Shown here: positions 8,568-18,130 of the stretch, in pieces | How the letters are laid out: the number at the start of each line of letters is the position of its first letter | Numbering within the stretch: position 1 is the first letter of the stretch | Assembly: GCA_963777715.1 (NCBI GenBank) | Contig: CAVZRN010000020.1 | Location: forward strand, 8,395-72,394 | From: an uncultured Gammaproteobacteria bacterium | GTDB taxonomy: Bacteria > Pseudomonadota > Gammaproteobacteria > JAURND01 | DNA: 64,000 bases | Direction: 5' to 3' | Position numbers and translations under genes: made by a program | Notes under the pieces: generated by a model | Database searches by the model: none | Told to the model about the DNA's origin: nothing | What the model saw: only the letters and a program-made list of their open reading frames with translations

Positions 8568-8795
8568 TTTGCACCACTCATTACCCTGCTGTTCAACCCA
8601 ATGCCAACGCTACTTGAGAGACTTGTGGGTAATGGACAGCGTCTTACCCCCTCCTCATACCACGATAAATTAGCCCTAGGGGTTCCCGTTTGGGTAGCTC
8701 TGTTCTTGGCTTGGCTTCTCGATTTTGTTTTTCTTAGGGTAGGATGGTGTTAGGGCTTTGGTACAAAATGTCCCTTTTTAGTCCCTGTAAGGGCT

Positions 8796-8824
8796 AAAAA
8801 AAGAGGGTTTTCGGAAAAACCCTC
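8796..8824 (-). terminator. rho-independent terminator of the tRNA operon
   Basis: On the minus strand, gagggtttttccgaaaaccctc (9-bp stem) is followed by T7, 30 nt downstream of the tRNA-Glu 3' end. Confidence 0.65.
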
Positions 8825-8853
8825 GAAAAATAAAGCACTTACACGCGAAAAAA

Positions 8854-8929
8854 TGGCGTCCCCAAGGGGATTCGAACCCCTGTTACCGCCGTGAAAGGGC
8901 GATGTCCTAGGCCTCTAGACGATGGGGAC
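8854..8929 (-). tRNA. tRNA-Glu (anticodon UUC)
   Basis: The reverse complement GTCCCCATCGTCTAGAGGCCTAGGACATCGCCCTTTCACGGCGGTAACAGGGGTTCGAATCCCCTTGGGGACGCCA folds as a cloverleaf. Anticodon loop CTTTCAC, encoded CCA. Confidence 0.9.
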
Positions 8930-8975
8930 ATGAGATTTATGTTGAGGCTATTCTGATGACCGATACAAAAACTAC

Positions 8976-9051
<76 letters not shown>

Positions 9052-9070
9052 GAATGGCGCAGGAGGGGGG

Positions 9071-9099
9071 ATTTTAGGGAAGGGGGTGGGTTGTGTCAA
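9071..9099 (-). promoter_or_regulatory. sigma70-type promoter of the tRNA-Ala/tRNA-Glu operon
   Basis: On the minus strand: TTGACA, 17 nt, TAAAAT, then a GC-rich discriminator (cccccctcctgcgcc) just before the tRNA-Ala 5' end. Confidence 0.6.
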
Positions 9100-9168
9100 G
9101 GGAAAGGTATTATTCAGGAGGAACTATCGCGTTTTTAACAAGAAATTTTTATTAATTTACTTGTATCA

Positions 9169-9201
9169 ATTAATATACTCTTAATATGATTCGGCTATAC
9201 T
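9169..9201 (+). promoter_or_regulatory. PmrA-box-like tandem repeat plus -10 (aTTAATATA ct cTTAATATG attcgg CTATACT)
   Basis: Two TTAATAT direct repeats 11 bp apart, then 6 nt, then CTATACT. The same architecture occurs at 24227 and 35043. Confidence 0.6.
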
Positions 9202-9304
9202 AACGTAAAGAGTGCAGTACCGAGAAGCTACGGTGGTTGTGGGTTGCTGTTATTAATACAGCCCTGTAACTTAAAAAAATAATTTATATGTTAAGGTGAA
9301 TATT

Positions 9305-10174
9305 ATGCAAGAGACTCCAGAAGAAAAGCGACGTCGATTAGGTCAAGAATTGGAAGATTTAAGACAAGGGGGGGGGGCTCAAGGAGTAGCTCCACTACCA
9401 GGTCAGCAAAATCTACGAGCAGAAGATCAGGTGGAGGGGGCGCCGAACCAACCAGTGGGCGAACAGGCAGCAGTCCAGCAACCAGGGCAACCACCCCAAC
9501 GACAAAATCTCCAAGGCGACCAAGGTCGGGTAGTGGTGCAAAATCCGGTAGTCCCACCAAATGCAAAGGCGTCAGGTGGGTATAAATTATCTCCACAGGC
9601 GCGCCGTAATTTACTCATTCTTGGTTTCGTTATTCTCGCAATCGCCTTAATTTTCTTAGCAGCTACCGGATTTGGTGCTCCTGTAGCCGCCGCTATATTG
9701 GGCGTTATGGGCATTTCAGCGGCTACTGGTGCAGGTATCCCCGTGATTGGCGCCATGGTCGCAGCTGCGTTGCCTTATTTAGCTTACGCCGCTACGGCAT
9801 TGGCTGTATGGTTGTCTCCCTTGATACTTGCTGGGCTTTGGAACACGGGTCGCAACATAATTGTTGGAATTGCAAGAGGGGTTCAAAAGCTTTACGGGGC
9901 GATAACAAGCGGATTGCGCAGGTTTGGCGCGGGAGTTATAGATTATGTGAACAGTTTTCGGCCGTCTAAGGATGTGAATGTGGAGGTGAGGGAGAAACAC
10001 AACGCCCAGGCTCGCTCCAAGAGAAAAAAATTGGGTGGATTATTGCTGTTTGCGGGTGTAGTCCCTGCATTTCCCACCTACCATTTGGGTAGGTGCTGGT
10101 CTGGCAGTGGCTGGACTTGGAATGATGGAAACGGGTTATCATCAAGGTATCAAGGATTGGTGGAACGGAAATGA
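9305..10174 (+). CDS. Pro/Gln-rich protein with a long multi-hairpin hydrophobic domain (Inc-like); 3' part apparently frameshifted
   Basis: ATG at 9305 follows AAGGTG. Disordered N-terminus, then about 100 aa of Gly/Ala-rich TM segments. After about 10080 a different frame reads IWVGAGLAVAGLGMMETGYHQGIKDWWNGNEDANEVEPVNMNNPAPNPSPNQQNRRYRIC* (stop 10262-10264). Confidence 0.55.
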   Translation: MQETPEEKRRRLGQELEDLRQGGGAQGVAPLPGQQNLRAEDQVEGAPNQPVGEQAAVQQPGQPPQRQNLQGDQGRVVVQNPVVPPNAKASGGYKLSPQARRNLLILGFVILAIALIFLAATGFGAPVAAAILGVMGISAATGAGIPVIGAMVAAALPYLAYAATALAVWLSPLILAGLWNTGRNIIVGIARGVQKLYGAITSGLRRFGAGVIDYVNSFRPSKDVNVEVREKHNAQARSKRKKLGGLLLFAGVVPAFPTYHLGRCWSGSGWTWNDGNGLSSRYQGLVERK

Positions 10175-10380
10175 GGATGCAAATGAGGTAGAGCCAGTGA
10201 ACATGAACAATCCCGCTCCTAATCCTAGTCCTAATCAGCAGAATCGCAGATACAGAATCTGTTAGAGCAATTGGGAGGGCCAACCAGGAGCAAACCAGCG
10301 ACAGAATATAAATCAAGGAGTGGAAGATGCAATATGCGGTCACCTAGAGGATGTTAGATTATGCATAATATTGTCGTTGA

Positions 10381-10779
10381 AGTAGCAGGAGAAGCAACGT
10401 TCGCAGCAGAGGGGGCAGTGCGGCAAGGGCGGCACGTAGGGATGACCCTGTCATAATAGCCGCGGCAGCTGCCACTGCTGCAGTTAAGTCAGTTAAGGCA
10501 CGTTTGGCGGGGGAAGAACTCCCCGTACAGGACATGGAGGGTATTATACGTGGGGTATGGAGGGACGTGGGTCAGCAATACAATCCTGGACGTGTTGGTG
10601 CTGGACAATTACCACCTGAATTTGCTAAGCCTATGCGTGTACCTGGTGGTGCTCCTGGTGTGAATCAACGAGCACGCATGGGGGAACGGCGCATTGGCAG
10701 CACAACAACGAGCACCAAGAAGGAGAACAACCCAACCCAGCCTATAAAAAGCCCCAAAAGAATAAAGCCTAAACGGTAA
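10381..10779 (+). pseudogene. open frame without a convincing start; possible decayed 3' portion of the 9305 gene
   Basis: Stop-to-stop frame 10381..10779 (..AAAAATAAVKSVKARLAGEELPVQDMEG...KSPKRIKPKR*). It has no ATG until far inside. Composition resembles the upstream gene, and the terminator follows directly. Confidence 0.3.
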
Positions 10780-10787
10780 CTGCGTAG

Positions 10788-10812
10788 AAAGGGCGCTTCA
10801 AGCGCCTTTTTT
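10788..10812 (+). terminator. rho-independent terminator
   Basis: aaagggcgc ttcaa gcgcctttt followed by more T. Confidence 0.6.
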
Positions 10813-10949
10813 ATCCATCGTGTCGTAAAACCCGTTATTCATGAAAGGGAGGAAGTCAAGTGCAATAAACTGTTGCATCATTCACGTTAATTGAGCAGCG
10901 GTCATTGCCATGATAAAGTATGCGCTCCCTCATGTCACAAGGAACCAAT

Positions 10950-11144
10950 ATGTATAAATTAGTTACCCTAACTGCCCTTGGTGTGGTGCTGATCGCTGGG
11001 TTAAGCGCCTGTAAACCTGGGGTTTATTATCCGTTTGGCGGTGGTCCGAGTCAGCAATATTATGTGCCGGCCAAGGGGATGCCTCAGCCTGCGCCAGAAC
11101 GCAAGCCAGGGTCGGAGAAGACCCCCTGGATGACGCCGGGGTAG
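10950..11144 (+). CDS. small lipoprotein
   Basis: MYKLVTLTALGVVLIAGLSAC has a signal peptide and lipobox (LSAC). AAGGA RBS. The start was trimmed from 10920. Confidence 0.6.
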   Translation: MYKLVTLTALGVVLIAGLSACKPGVYYPFGGGPSQQYYVPAKGMPQPAPERKPGSEKTPWMTPG

Positions 11145-11155
11145 GCCTTGTTTCC

Positions 11156-11838
11156 TTCTCCCTCATTAAGCCGTGGCATGGTTTCCTTCTCCCTCATTAA
11201 GCCGTGGCATGGTTTCCTTCTCCCCTTGTGGGAGAAGGTGGCCGCACCCCTATTTAGGCTTGAACAGTATAGAGGCAATCAAGTATCTTGCCTAAAGGAG
11301 TTTGTATGAAGCTGTGCGGACGGATGAGGGGTAAGCCATGGTTCTCTGCCAAACTCATCTACCCCTCATCCGTCCGCACAGCGTTATTAAAATTTATCAG
11401 TTGGCATGGTACATTGCGTATACCAAATTTGAAGCCAGTTCTAAGGTGCGGCCACCTTCTCCCACAAGGGGAGAAGGAACAGCGCGCCATGGTTAAATTA
11501 GGCAGAGAAGAATGACTCACCCCTCATCCGTCCGCACAGTGTTATTAAAATTTATCAGTTGGCATGGTACATTGCGTATACCAAATTTGAAGCCAGTTCT
11601 AAGGTGCGGCCACCTTCTCCCACAAGGGGAGAAGGAACAGCGCGCCATGGTTAAATTAGGCAGAGAAGAATGACTCACCCCTCATCCGTCCGCACAGTGT
11701 TATTAAAATTTATCAGTTGGCATGGTACATTGCGTATGCCAAATTTGAAGCCAGTTCTAAGGTGCGGCCACCTTCTCCCACAAGGGGAGAAGGAAACAAT
11801 GCCACGGCTTAATGAGGGAGAAGGAAACAATGCCACGG
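11156..11838. repeat. family C composite palindromic element with an internal 3 x 158-bp tandem array
   Basis: Outer hairpins ttccttctccccttgtgggagaaggtggccgcac / gtgcggccaccttctcccacaaggggagaaggaa. Inner hairpin gtgcggacggatgaggggt / acccctcatccgtccgcac. The motif acccctcatccgtccgcac recurs at 11371, 11529 and 11687. A flanking motif of about 30 bp (cattaagccgtggcat) is duplicated at both ends. Confidence 0.85.
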
Positions 11839-11844
11839 CTTAAT

Positions 11845-12177
11845 ATGCTACAAGATTTCCAAAAAGAACTAAGAAAAAATCAGACTGAGGTTGAATTACG
11901 TTTATGGCAATACTTAAGAGATCGACGGTTTGCTAATTTCAAATTCCGCCGACAGCATATTCTTCAGGGCTATATTGTCGACTTCGTATGTTTACAAAAA
12001 AAACTTATCGTGGAATTGGACGGTAGTCAACATATGGAACAAGTTGTATATGATGACGTGCGAACAAAAAAACTAATGCAAGATGGTTTCCAAGTGTTAC
12101 GCTTTTGGAATAATGATGTATTACAAAACACCGAGCCAGTGCTTGATACTATCTACCATGCATTATTAAGCAGGTAA
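11845..12177 (+). CDS. DUF559 (Vsr-like) endonuclease-domain protein
   Basis: LRKNQTEVELRLWQYLRDRRFANFKFRRQHILQGYIVDFVCLQKKLIVELDGSQH...VLRFWNNDV is the DUF559 pattern. The track start at 11812 lies in repeat C, so the ATG at 11845 is preferred. Confidence 0.75.
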   Translation: MLQDFQKELRKNQTEVELRLWQYLRDRRFANFKFRRQHILQGYIVDFVCLQKKLIVELDGSQHMEQVVYDDVRTKKLMQDGFQVLRFWNNDVLQNTEPVLDTIYHALLSR

Positions 12178-13365
12178 CCCAATCATTTCCACCGCGCGTT
12201 TAATCCGCTCTAGCGCAGCTTGCAACATCTCCATGCTGGTTGCATACGAAATGCGCACATAACCTGGAGCGCCAAAGCCAGAACCCGGCACCACGGAAAC
12301 CTTGGCGACGCGCAATAGGTAATCTGTCAATTCCACGTCGTTACGTATGTCGTTGCTGCCGATTAATTTTTCCACATTCACAAACGCATAAAACGCGCCG
12401 TCGGCGGGTGCGCATTGCAGCCCGGGAATGGCATTAATCCCCGCCACCACAAAATCATGACGTCGTTTAAATTCCGTGGCCATGGTATGGACAAAGGATT
12501 GATCGCCATTGAGCGCTGCCTGTGTGGCTATTTGTGCAATGGAATTGGCGTTCGATGTGGTTTGCGATTGCACTTTTTTCATGGCATTAATCAAGGCGGC
12601 ATTGCCGGCGGCATAGCCGATGCGCCAGCCGGTCATGGCGTATACCTTGGATGCGCCGTTGACCACTACGGTGCGGTCATATAACTCCGGGCAGGCATTG
12701 ACGATGTTACAGAAGGGTTCGGCGCTCCATAAAATATGCTCATAAATATCGTCGCTGGCGATGATGATGTTGGGGTGTTGCGCCAACACATCGCCGAGTG
12801 CGCGTAGTTCCTGGCGAGTGTATGCCATGCCAGTGGGGTTGGAGGGGCTGTTGAAAATAAGCAGTCGCGTCTTGGGTGTGATAGCGGCGGCCAATTGCGC
12901 GGGTGAAATTTTAAAGCGCTGTTGTACCGTGGTGGGAATAATCACCGGCGTGCCGTCGTTGAGCAACACCATGTCCGGATAAGATACCCAATATGGCGCA
13001 GGGATGATGGCTTCATCACCCGGGTTAAGTAGGGCGGCGAATAAATTAAATAACGAATGCTTCGCGCCGCAGCTGACTAGAATTTGCGAGGGTTGATACT
13101 GTAACTGATTTTCGCGCGCGAACTTATCGATGATGGCGCGCTTTAATCCGCTGGTGCCATCAACGGCAGTGTACTTGGTAAAACCATCGTGCAGCGCCTG
13201 GATCGCGGCGTCCTTAATGAACTCCGGGGTATCAAAATCCGGCTCACCGACGCCAAGGTCGATGATGTCTTCGCCTTGCGCCTTGAGTTCAATGGTGCGG
13301 GCGGCCACGGCCAGGGTAATGGAGGGTTTAATGCGTTCGACTTTTTGTGAGAGTTGTATGGGCAT
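12166..13365 (-). CDS. aspartate aminotransferase (class I PLP-dependent aminotransferase)
   Basis: 399 aa. IIDLGVGEPDFDTPEFIKDAA...NSPSNPTG...GASKVYAMTGWRIGY (the PLP lysine is in SK.YAMTGWR). Confidence 0.85.
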   Translation of the reverse strand: MPIQLSQKVERIKPSITLAVAARTIELKAQGEDIIDLGVGEPDFDTPEFIKDAAIQALHDGFTKYTAVDGTSGLKRAIIDKFARENQLQYQPSQILVSCGAKHSLFNLFAALLNPGDEAIIPAPYWVSYPDMVLLNDGTPVIIPTTVQQRFKISPAQLAAAITPKTRLLIFNSPSNPTGMAYTRQELRALGDVLAQHPNIIIASDDIYEHILWSAEPFCNIVNACPELYDRTVVVNGASKVYAMTGWRIGYAAGNAALINAMKKVQSQTTSNANSIAQIATQAALNGDQSFVHTMATEFKRRHDFVVAGINAIPGLQCAPADGAFYAFVNVEKLIGSNDIRNDVELTDYLLRVAKVSVVPGSGFGAPGYVRISYATSMEMLQAALERIKRAVEMIGLPA

Positions 13366-13421
13366 GGTTTCACCGAGTTATTAGTAAGGCTAGATAAATG
13401 GGTTCCCGGGTGGCATGTTTT

Positions 13422-13498
13422 CCTGGGAGCGCGGGCAGCTTGCCCGCATGTTTGCTAATGGCTTGAAATGCGGGCAAGCTGCCCGCGCTCCCAGGGGC
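13422..13498. repeat. palindromic repeat, family A
   Basis: cctgggagcgcgggcagcttgcccgcatg...gcgggcaagctgcccgcgctcccaggggc. Confidence 0.85.
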
Positions 13499-13613
13499 TT
13501 TGTAGCCAGAATAGTGCCATACTGTAACAGAGGTTGTCATCTGTTTAAGTGGTTTCTTGTCGGGTATTGGCTTATAATGGTACATGAATAGGTACTTATT
13601 TTGGAGAGACACC

Positions 13614-13868
13614 ATGCAAGTTGTTACATTTAGTGAATTACGCAGTCATCTTAAAGAGATCATGGATATGACTATTGATCGGCATGAACCGGTCTTTGTC
13701 AGACGCTCGGGTGGTAAAAGCATTGTTGTATTGTCAGCAGAGGATTATGCATCCTTAGATGAAACACACTACTTATTAAGCGATGAAGCAAACGCAGAGC
13801 ATCTGCGCAAGTCGTTACGTAATTTTCGATCAGGCAAAATCATTAAAAAATCGTTAATAGATAAATGA
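13614..13868 (+). CDS. yefM: YefM/Phd-family antitoxin
   Basis: MQVVTFSELRSHLKEIMDMTIDRHEPVFVRRSGGKSIVVLSAEDYASLDETHYLL. GGAGA RBS. ATGA overlap with the toxin gene. Confidence 0.85.
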   Translation: MQVVTFSELRSHLKEIMDMTIDRHEPVFVRRSGGKSIVVLSAEDYASLDETHYLLSDEANAEHLRKSLRNFRSGKIIKKSLIDK

Positions 13869-14134
13869 AAGTTTCTTTCACACCAGATGCCTGGGATGAT
13901 TATTTATATTGGCAGCAATATGATCGGCAAACGCTGCACAAAATAAATGAATTAATCAAAGAGGTGTTACGTACGCCCTTTACTGGAAAGGGGAAACCAG
14001 AACCGTTACGTCACGAACTTCGCGGATTGTGGTCACGTCGTATCAACCTGGAGCATCGACTCATATATAGCGTGGTGGATGAAGAGATAGCCATCATTTC
14101 CATTCGATATCATTATAGTGGTAGTAAGGGATAA
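13865..14134 (+). CDS. yoeB: YoeB/Txe-family mRNA interferase toxin
   Basis: [64 protein letters not shown]. Confidence 0.85.
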   Translation: MKVSFTPDAWDDYLYWQQYDRQTLHKINELIKEVLRTPFTGKGKPEPLRHELRGLWSRRINLEHRLIYSVVDEEIAIISIRYHYSGSKG

Positions 14135-14136
14135 CC

Positions 14137-15759
14137 ATGGCAGCACTCTCTTCCAATCTCAAAACCGACAGCAACTTATTTAAAGAAAACACCGAGGCGA
14201 TGGCGGCGCAAGTGGCGCATTGGCGTGAACAATCCGCGCAGATTGCCCAGGGCGGTAATGCGCAGGCGTTGGCGCGGCATCGTCAGCACAATAAATTATT
14301 GCCGCGTGAGCGTATCTTGCAATTATTGGATCCGAATACGCCCTTCTTAGAGTTGTCACAGTTTGCTGGCTATGAATTGTACGATGAAGCCGTGCCTGCG
14401 GGCGGCATTATCACTGGCATCGGCCAAGTCGCGGGCCAAGAATGTATGCTGGTGGTCAATGACGCCACGGTCAAGGGCGGCACGTATTTTCCCATCACGG
14501 TAAAAAAACATTTGCGCGCGCAAGAGATCGCGGAAACCAATCACTTGCCCTGTATTTATCTGGTGGATTCTGGTGGCGCTTTTTTGCCGAAACAAGCCGA
14601 GGTATTTCCCGACAAGGATCATTTTGGGCGCATATTTTTTAATCAGGCTAACATGTCGGCTAAGGGTATCCCACAAATTGCGGTGGTGATGGGTTCGTGT
14701 ACCGCCGGTGGCGCATATGTGCCGGCGATGGCGGATGTCGCCATCATGGTGAAGAATCAAGCGACTATTTTTCTCGGCGGCCCACCCCTGGTGAAGGCCG
14801 CTACGGGTGAAATTGTCACCGCCGAAGAACTGGGCGGCGCGGATGTGCATTGTCGCATTTCAGGTGTGGCGGATTATTACGCGCAAAATGATTTTCATGC
14901 GCTTGAGTTAGCCCGCCAGGCGGTGGCTAGTTTAAATCGTCGTAAGCAATTGCCGTTAACCACGCGTGCGGTGCAACAGCCATTGTACCCGGCGCAAGAA
15001 TTGTATGGCGTGATTAATCGCGATGCGCGTCGTATGTATGATGTGCGCGAAGTCATTGCGCGTCTGGTGGATGGTTCGGAATTTGATGAATTTAAGGCAC
15101 TGTATGGTACGACGCTGGTGTGTGGGTTTGCGCATATTTTCGGTTATCCGGTTGGTATTATTGCCAACAACGGTATTTTATTTTCCGAAAGCGCGCTGAA
15201 GGGTACGCACTTTGTGCAATTGTGTTCGCAGCGCAAAATCCCGCTGGTATTTTTGCAAAACATCAATGGGTTTATGGTGGGTAAGAAATACGAACACGGG
15301 GGTATTGCGCGCGATGGCGCAAAATTAGTGTCTGCTGTCGCCTGTACACAAGTACCGAAATTTACCGTGATTATTGGTGGTAGTTTTGGCGCTGGTAATT
15401 ATGCCATGTGCGGTCGCGCCTACAGCCCACGCTTTTTATGGACCTGGCCAAATGCGCGCATTTCGGTGATGGGCGGGGAACAAGCTGCTAATGTGTTGGT
15501 GCAAGTGAATCAAGAAAAACGCGCACGTCAACATGGACCGAAAGATCAAGAAGCGGAAGATCCAGCGGCGGATGAAGCGTTTAAGCAAAAAATTCGCAGC
15601 TTATACGATGCGCAAGGTCATCCCTATTACGCCAGCGCACGTTTGTGGGATGATGGCATTATCGACCCGGTCGACACGCGCAGCGTGTTGGGTTTGTCGA
15701 TTTCCGCGGCGCTAAATGCGCCGATTCATGATACGAACTGGGGCGTGTTTAGGATGTGA
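14137..15759 (+). CDS. methylcrotonyl-CoA carboxylase carboxyltransferase (beta) subunit-like
   Basis: 540 aa acyl-CoA carboxyltransferase: [10 protein letters not shown]...F.EL...[43 protein letters not shown]. No alpha subunit is adjacent. Confidence 0.8.
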   Translation: MAALSSNLKTDSNLFKENTEAMAAQVAHWREQSAQIAQGGNAQALARHRQHNKLLPRERILQLLDPNTPFLELSQFAGYELYDEAVPAGGIITGIGQVAGQECMLVVNDATVKGGTYFPITVKKHLRAQEIAETNHLPCIYLVDSGGAFLPKQAEVFPDKDHFGRIFFNQANMSAKGIPQIAVVMGSCTAGGAYVPAMADVAIMVKNQATIFLGGPPLVKAATGEIVTAEELGGADVHCRISGVADYYAQNDFHALELARQAVASLNRRKQLPLTTRAVQQPLYPAQELYGVINRDARRMYDVREVIARLVDGSEFDEFKALYGTTLVCGFAHIFGYPVGIIANNGILFSESALKGTHFVQLCSQRKIPLVFLQNINGFMVGKKYEHGGIARDGAKLVSAVACTQVPKFTVIIGGSFGAGNYAMCGRAYSPRFLWTWPNARISVMGGEQAANVLVQVNQEKRARQHGPKDQEAEDPAADEAFKQKIRSLYDAQGHPYYASARLWDDGIIDPVDTRSVLGLSISAALNAPIHDTNWGVFRM

Positions 15760-16145
15760 GAAAAAAGATTAAAAGATTAAAAAATTTGACGCAGAGACGC
15801 AAAGACGCAGAGGAAAACATAAAAGATAAAAATAAAACATAAAAAAATTATTTTTTTTTTTATTTTTTTATTTTTTGATCTTTTGGCCTTTTCTTTGTTT
15901 TTTTAATATTTTATTTTTTGTTTTTAATCTTTTCTCTGCGTCTTTGCGTCTCTGCGTCAAATTTTTAAAGATTAAAAAATTTGACGCAGAGACGCAAAGA
16001 CGCAGAGGAAAACATAAAAGATAAAACATAAAAAAATTATATTTTTATTTTTTGATCTTTTGGCCTTTTCTTTGTTTTTTTAATATTTTATTTTTTGTTT
16101 TTAATCTTTTCTCTGCGTCTTTGCGTCTCTGCGTCAAATCTTTTG
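15760..16145. repeat. two tandem family B long AT-rich hairpin elements
   Basis: Each unit reads ttgacgcagagacgcaaagacgcagagg, an A-rich arm, a T-rich arm, then cctctgcgtctttgcgtctctgcgtcaa. The array fills the whole gap between the convergent mccB-like and gloB genes. Confidence 0.85.
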
Positions 16146-16149
16146 TTTT

Positions 16150-16941
16150 TTATATTTTAAAACCATTTTTCCATTCCCTGAGTACCGCGAACACCTCCTC
16201 CGGCGTACTAAGGCGATTGCCACACTGGCGCTCCGCCGCCAGGCGTACACCCTCGTGCTCGCAACGCAAGAATGGATTAGTGGCTTTTTCCAGCGCCAGG
16301 GTGCTGGGAACTGTCGGTAATCCTTTCGCTATCAATGCTTGTGTTTCTTCGACGCGTTGCTGTAGGCGGGTATTATTGGGTTCAACCGCTAAGGCAAAGG
16401 GTAAATTTGCTGCGGTGTATTCGTGACCACAGTAGACTTGTGTGTCCAGCGGCAGTGCAGCCAGGCGTTGTAGTGAATCGTACATTTGCGCCATAGTGCC
16501 TTCAAACACACGGCCACAAGCAACGGTAAATAACGTGTCGCCACAAAATACCGCGCCACAAGATCCCACATCGGCGCCGTAATAGGCGAGGTGTCCGCGT
16601 GTATGCCCCGGAATGGATAATACCGCAAGCTGCAATGCCATTTCGGGAAATTCCAGGGTCTCCCCACCCTGTAGCGGGTAAGTCACGGTAGGGATCTGTT
16701 CAGTGGCTGCGCCATACACCTGTATGGGATAATCGATCAGTAACTCAGTCACTCCATCGGTATGGTCGTAATGATGATGAGTGAGTAAGATGCCAATGGG
16801 AGTAAGTTTATGGGCGCGCAGGGCGGTGATAACAGGCGCCGCGGCGCCAGGGTCAACAATCAGGCATTGCGCTGTAGAAGGATGTATAATCAGCCAGATA
16901 TAGTTATCCTTGAGCGCAGGAACAGGCATGATATTCAGCAT
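16150..16941 (-). CDS. gloB: hydroxyacylglutathione hydrolase (glyoxalase II)
   Basis: ALKDNYIWLI...THHHYDHTDGV...PGHTRGHLAYY..., the metallo-beta-lactamase GloB pattern. Confidence 0.9.
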   Translation of the reverse strand: MLNIMPVPALKDNYIWLIIHPSTAQCLIVDPGAAAPVITALRAHKLTPIGILLTHHHYDHTDGVTELLIDYPIQVYGAATEQIPTVTYPLQGGETLEFPEMALQLAVLSIPGHTRGHLAYYGADVGSCGAVFCGDTLFTVACGRVFEGTMAQMYDSLQRLAALPLDTQVYCGHEYTAANLPFALAVEPNNTRLQQRVEETQALIAKGLPTVPSTLALEKATNPFLRCEHEGVRLAAERQCGNRLSTPEEVFAVLREWKNGFKI

Positions 16942-16987
16942 GGGATAGTTTCCTCTTTAAATCATTGACGCAGTCAATACATTAATC

Positions 16988-17350
16988 ACCTCTCCCCTTG
17001 TGGGAGAGGTCGACACACGTCGTGTGGCGGGTGAGGGGTAAGCTATTCTTCACTGCCTGATTTAATCATGGCAGATTTCCTTCTCCCCTTGTGGGAGAAG
17101 GTGGCCGCACCCTGATGTTGGCTGTAAATTTGACTTAGGCAATGTACTATCCTATCTGATAAATTATGATAAATCGCGTGCGGACGGATGAGGGGTAAGT
17201 CATTCTTCACTGCCTGCCTCATCACCCCCTCATCCGTCCGCACAGTGTTATTAAAATTTATCAATTGGTATAGTATATTGCTTATGCCAAACTTGAAGCC
17301 GGTTCTAAGGTGCGGCCACCTTCTCCCACAAGGGGAGAAGGAAACAATGC
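16988..17350. repeat. family C composite palindromic element
   Basis: Same modules as 11156..11838 (cttctccccttgtgggagaaggtggccgcac, gtgcggacggatgaggggt, acccctcatccgtccgcac, gtgcggccaccttctcccacaaggggagaagg). Confidence 0.85.
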
Positions 17351-17365
17351 CCCAAAGAGAAGCAA

Positions 17366-18130
17366 ATGAAGCCACATGTACCTTTAGAAATTCTATTACG
17401 TCAGCTAGATTTATGGTACCACACCTCATTAGGTTCTGCTGTATTTGCGGCGGAGCATGACGCACTCAGTCAGCATCTGCCGCACTATTTCGGTCAGCAT
17501 CTACTACAGATCGGTGGACCTAGCGAGCGTTGGTTATTCGATCAAAGCCCTATTTATCATCGTGTGCGATTAAGTCCCGAACACATGCCGGTATTTCGTG
17601 GACCCAGCGTACAGGGCGCATTTGATGAATTACCCTTCCTGCCAGACAGTTTTGCTGTGATATTATTACCTCACGTGTTGGAATTTGTCACTAAGCCAGA
17701 TGCGGTATTGCAACAAATTTACCCACTATTGACGCCAGAAGGGCGCGTCATCGTAGTGGGGTTTAACCCTTGCAGCCTCTGGGGGATCGCCAAATGGTTT
17801 AAACATCATAAGACGCTGCCCTGGCGCGGTCAATTTATAAGCAAACTTTGGTTATGTAATGTATTAAAAAAACAGGGGTTAGCGGTTGAAAAAGTAAGCA
17901 CCGTATTTTTTCGTCCGCCGGTAACGCGCAAGCAATGGCTACAGCGATTATTGCCGCTGGAAGCAATGGGTCGGTTGCTTTGGTCAGATTGTGGCGCTGT
18001 GTATATAATCATCGCTAAAAAAATCGTTGCATCGTTAACGCCGGTCGATGAGCGGCTGAAGCAGAAGGCTATTGGGTTAGGTGAATTAGCGCCGCCGGTA
18101 GTTCCGGCTAAACATAATGTATATCCATAA
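17366..18130 (+). CDS. class I SAM-dependent methyltransferase (YafS-like)
   Basis: 254 aa. As I recall it, the gloB / methyltransferase / rnhA neighbourhood mirrors the enterobacterial gloB-yafS-rnhA arrangement. Confidence 0.65.
   Translation: MKPHVPLEILLRQLDLWYHTSLGSAVFAAEHDALSQHLPHYFGQHLLQIGGPSERWLFDQSPIYHRVRLSPEHMPVFRGPSVQGAFDELPFLPDSFAVILLPHVLEFVTKPDAVLQQIYPLLTPEGRVIVVGFNPCSLWGIAKWFKHHKTLPWRGQFISKLWLCNVLKKQGLAVEKVSTVFFRPPVTRKQWLQRLLPLEAMGRLLWSDCGAVYIIIAKKIVASLTPVDERLKQKAIGLGELAPPVVPAKHNVYP

Noticed and set aside
8479-8753. ORFs 8479..8673 and 8520..8753, plus analogous ORFs 13370..13615(-), 20216..20458(-) and 48678..48863(-), encoding ...PWERGQLARMCANGLNAGKLPALPG...
   Set aside because: They are translations of the family A palindrome. 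The same peptide appears on both strands at every copy, and there is no RBS.
8796-8929. tRNA-Glu 3' end as the prophage attachment site
   Set aside because: This is plausible by position. However, about 470 bp, including the tRNA operon's own terminator and a repeat element, separate int from the tRNA. The left prophage end is outside the window, so no att duplication can be shown.
9138-9156. aacaagaaatttttattaa as a LetA/GacA-type box for a small regulatory RNA
   Set aside because: It is only a partial palindrome, and no downstream GGA-rich hairpin RNA is evident.
11084-11515. ORFs 11084..11278(-), 11288..11515(+), 17043..17465(-) and 17188..17460(+)
   Set aside because: They lie entirely inside family C repeat composites. 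Their recurring peptides (GHLLPQGEKE, PSSVRT) are repeat-derived.
14356-14850. Long antisense ORFs inside confident genes (14356..14850, 19260..19617, 21940..22335, 26797..27195, 33223..33543, 35930..36208, 38654..39007, etc.)
   Set aside because: They lie opposite to or out of frame with genes that have strong family motifs, and their composition is typical of shadow ORFs.
15760-16145. Regularly spaced repeats that at first glance resemble a CRISPR array
   Set aside because: There are only two units. Each is a long self-complementary hairpin with no unique spacers. The same element occurs singly elsewhere, and there are no cas genes.
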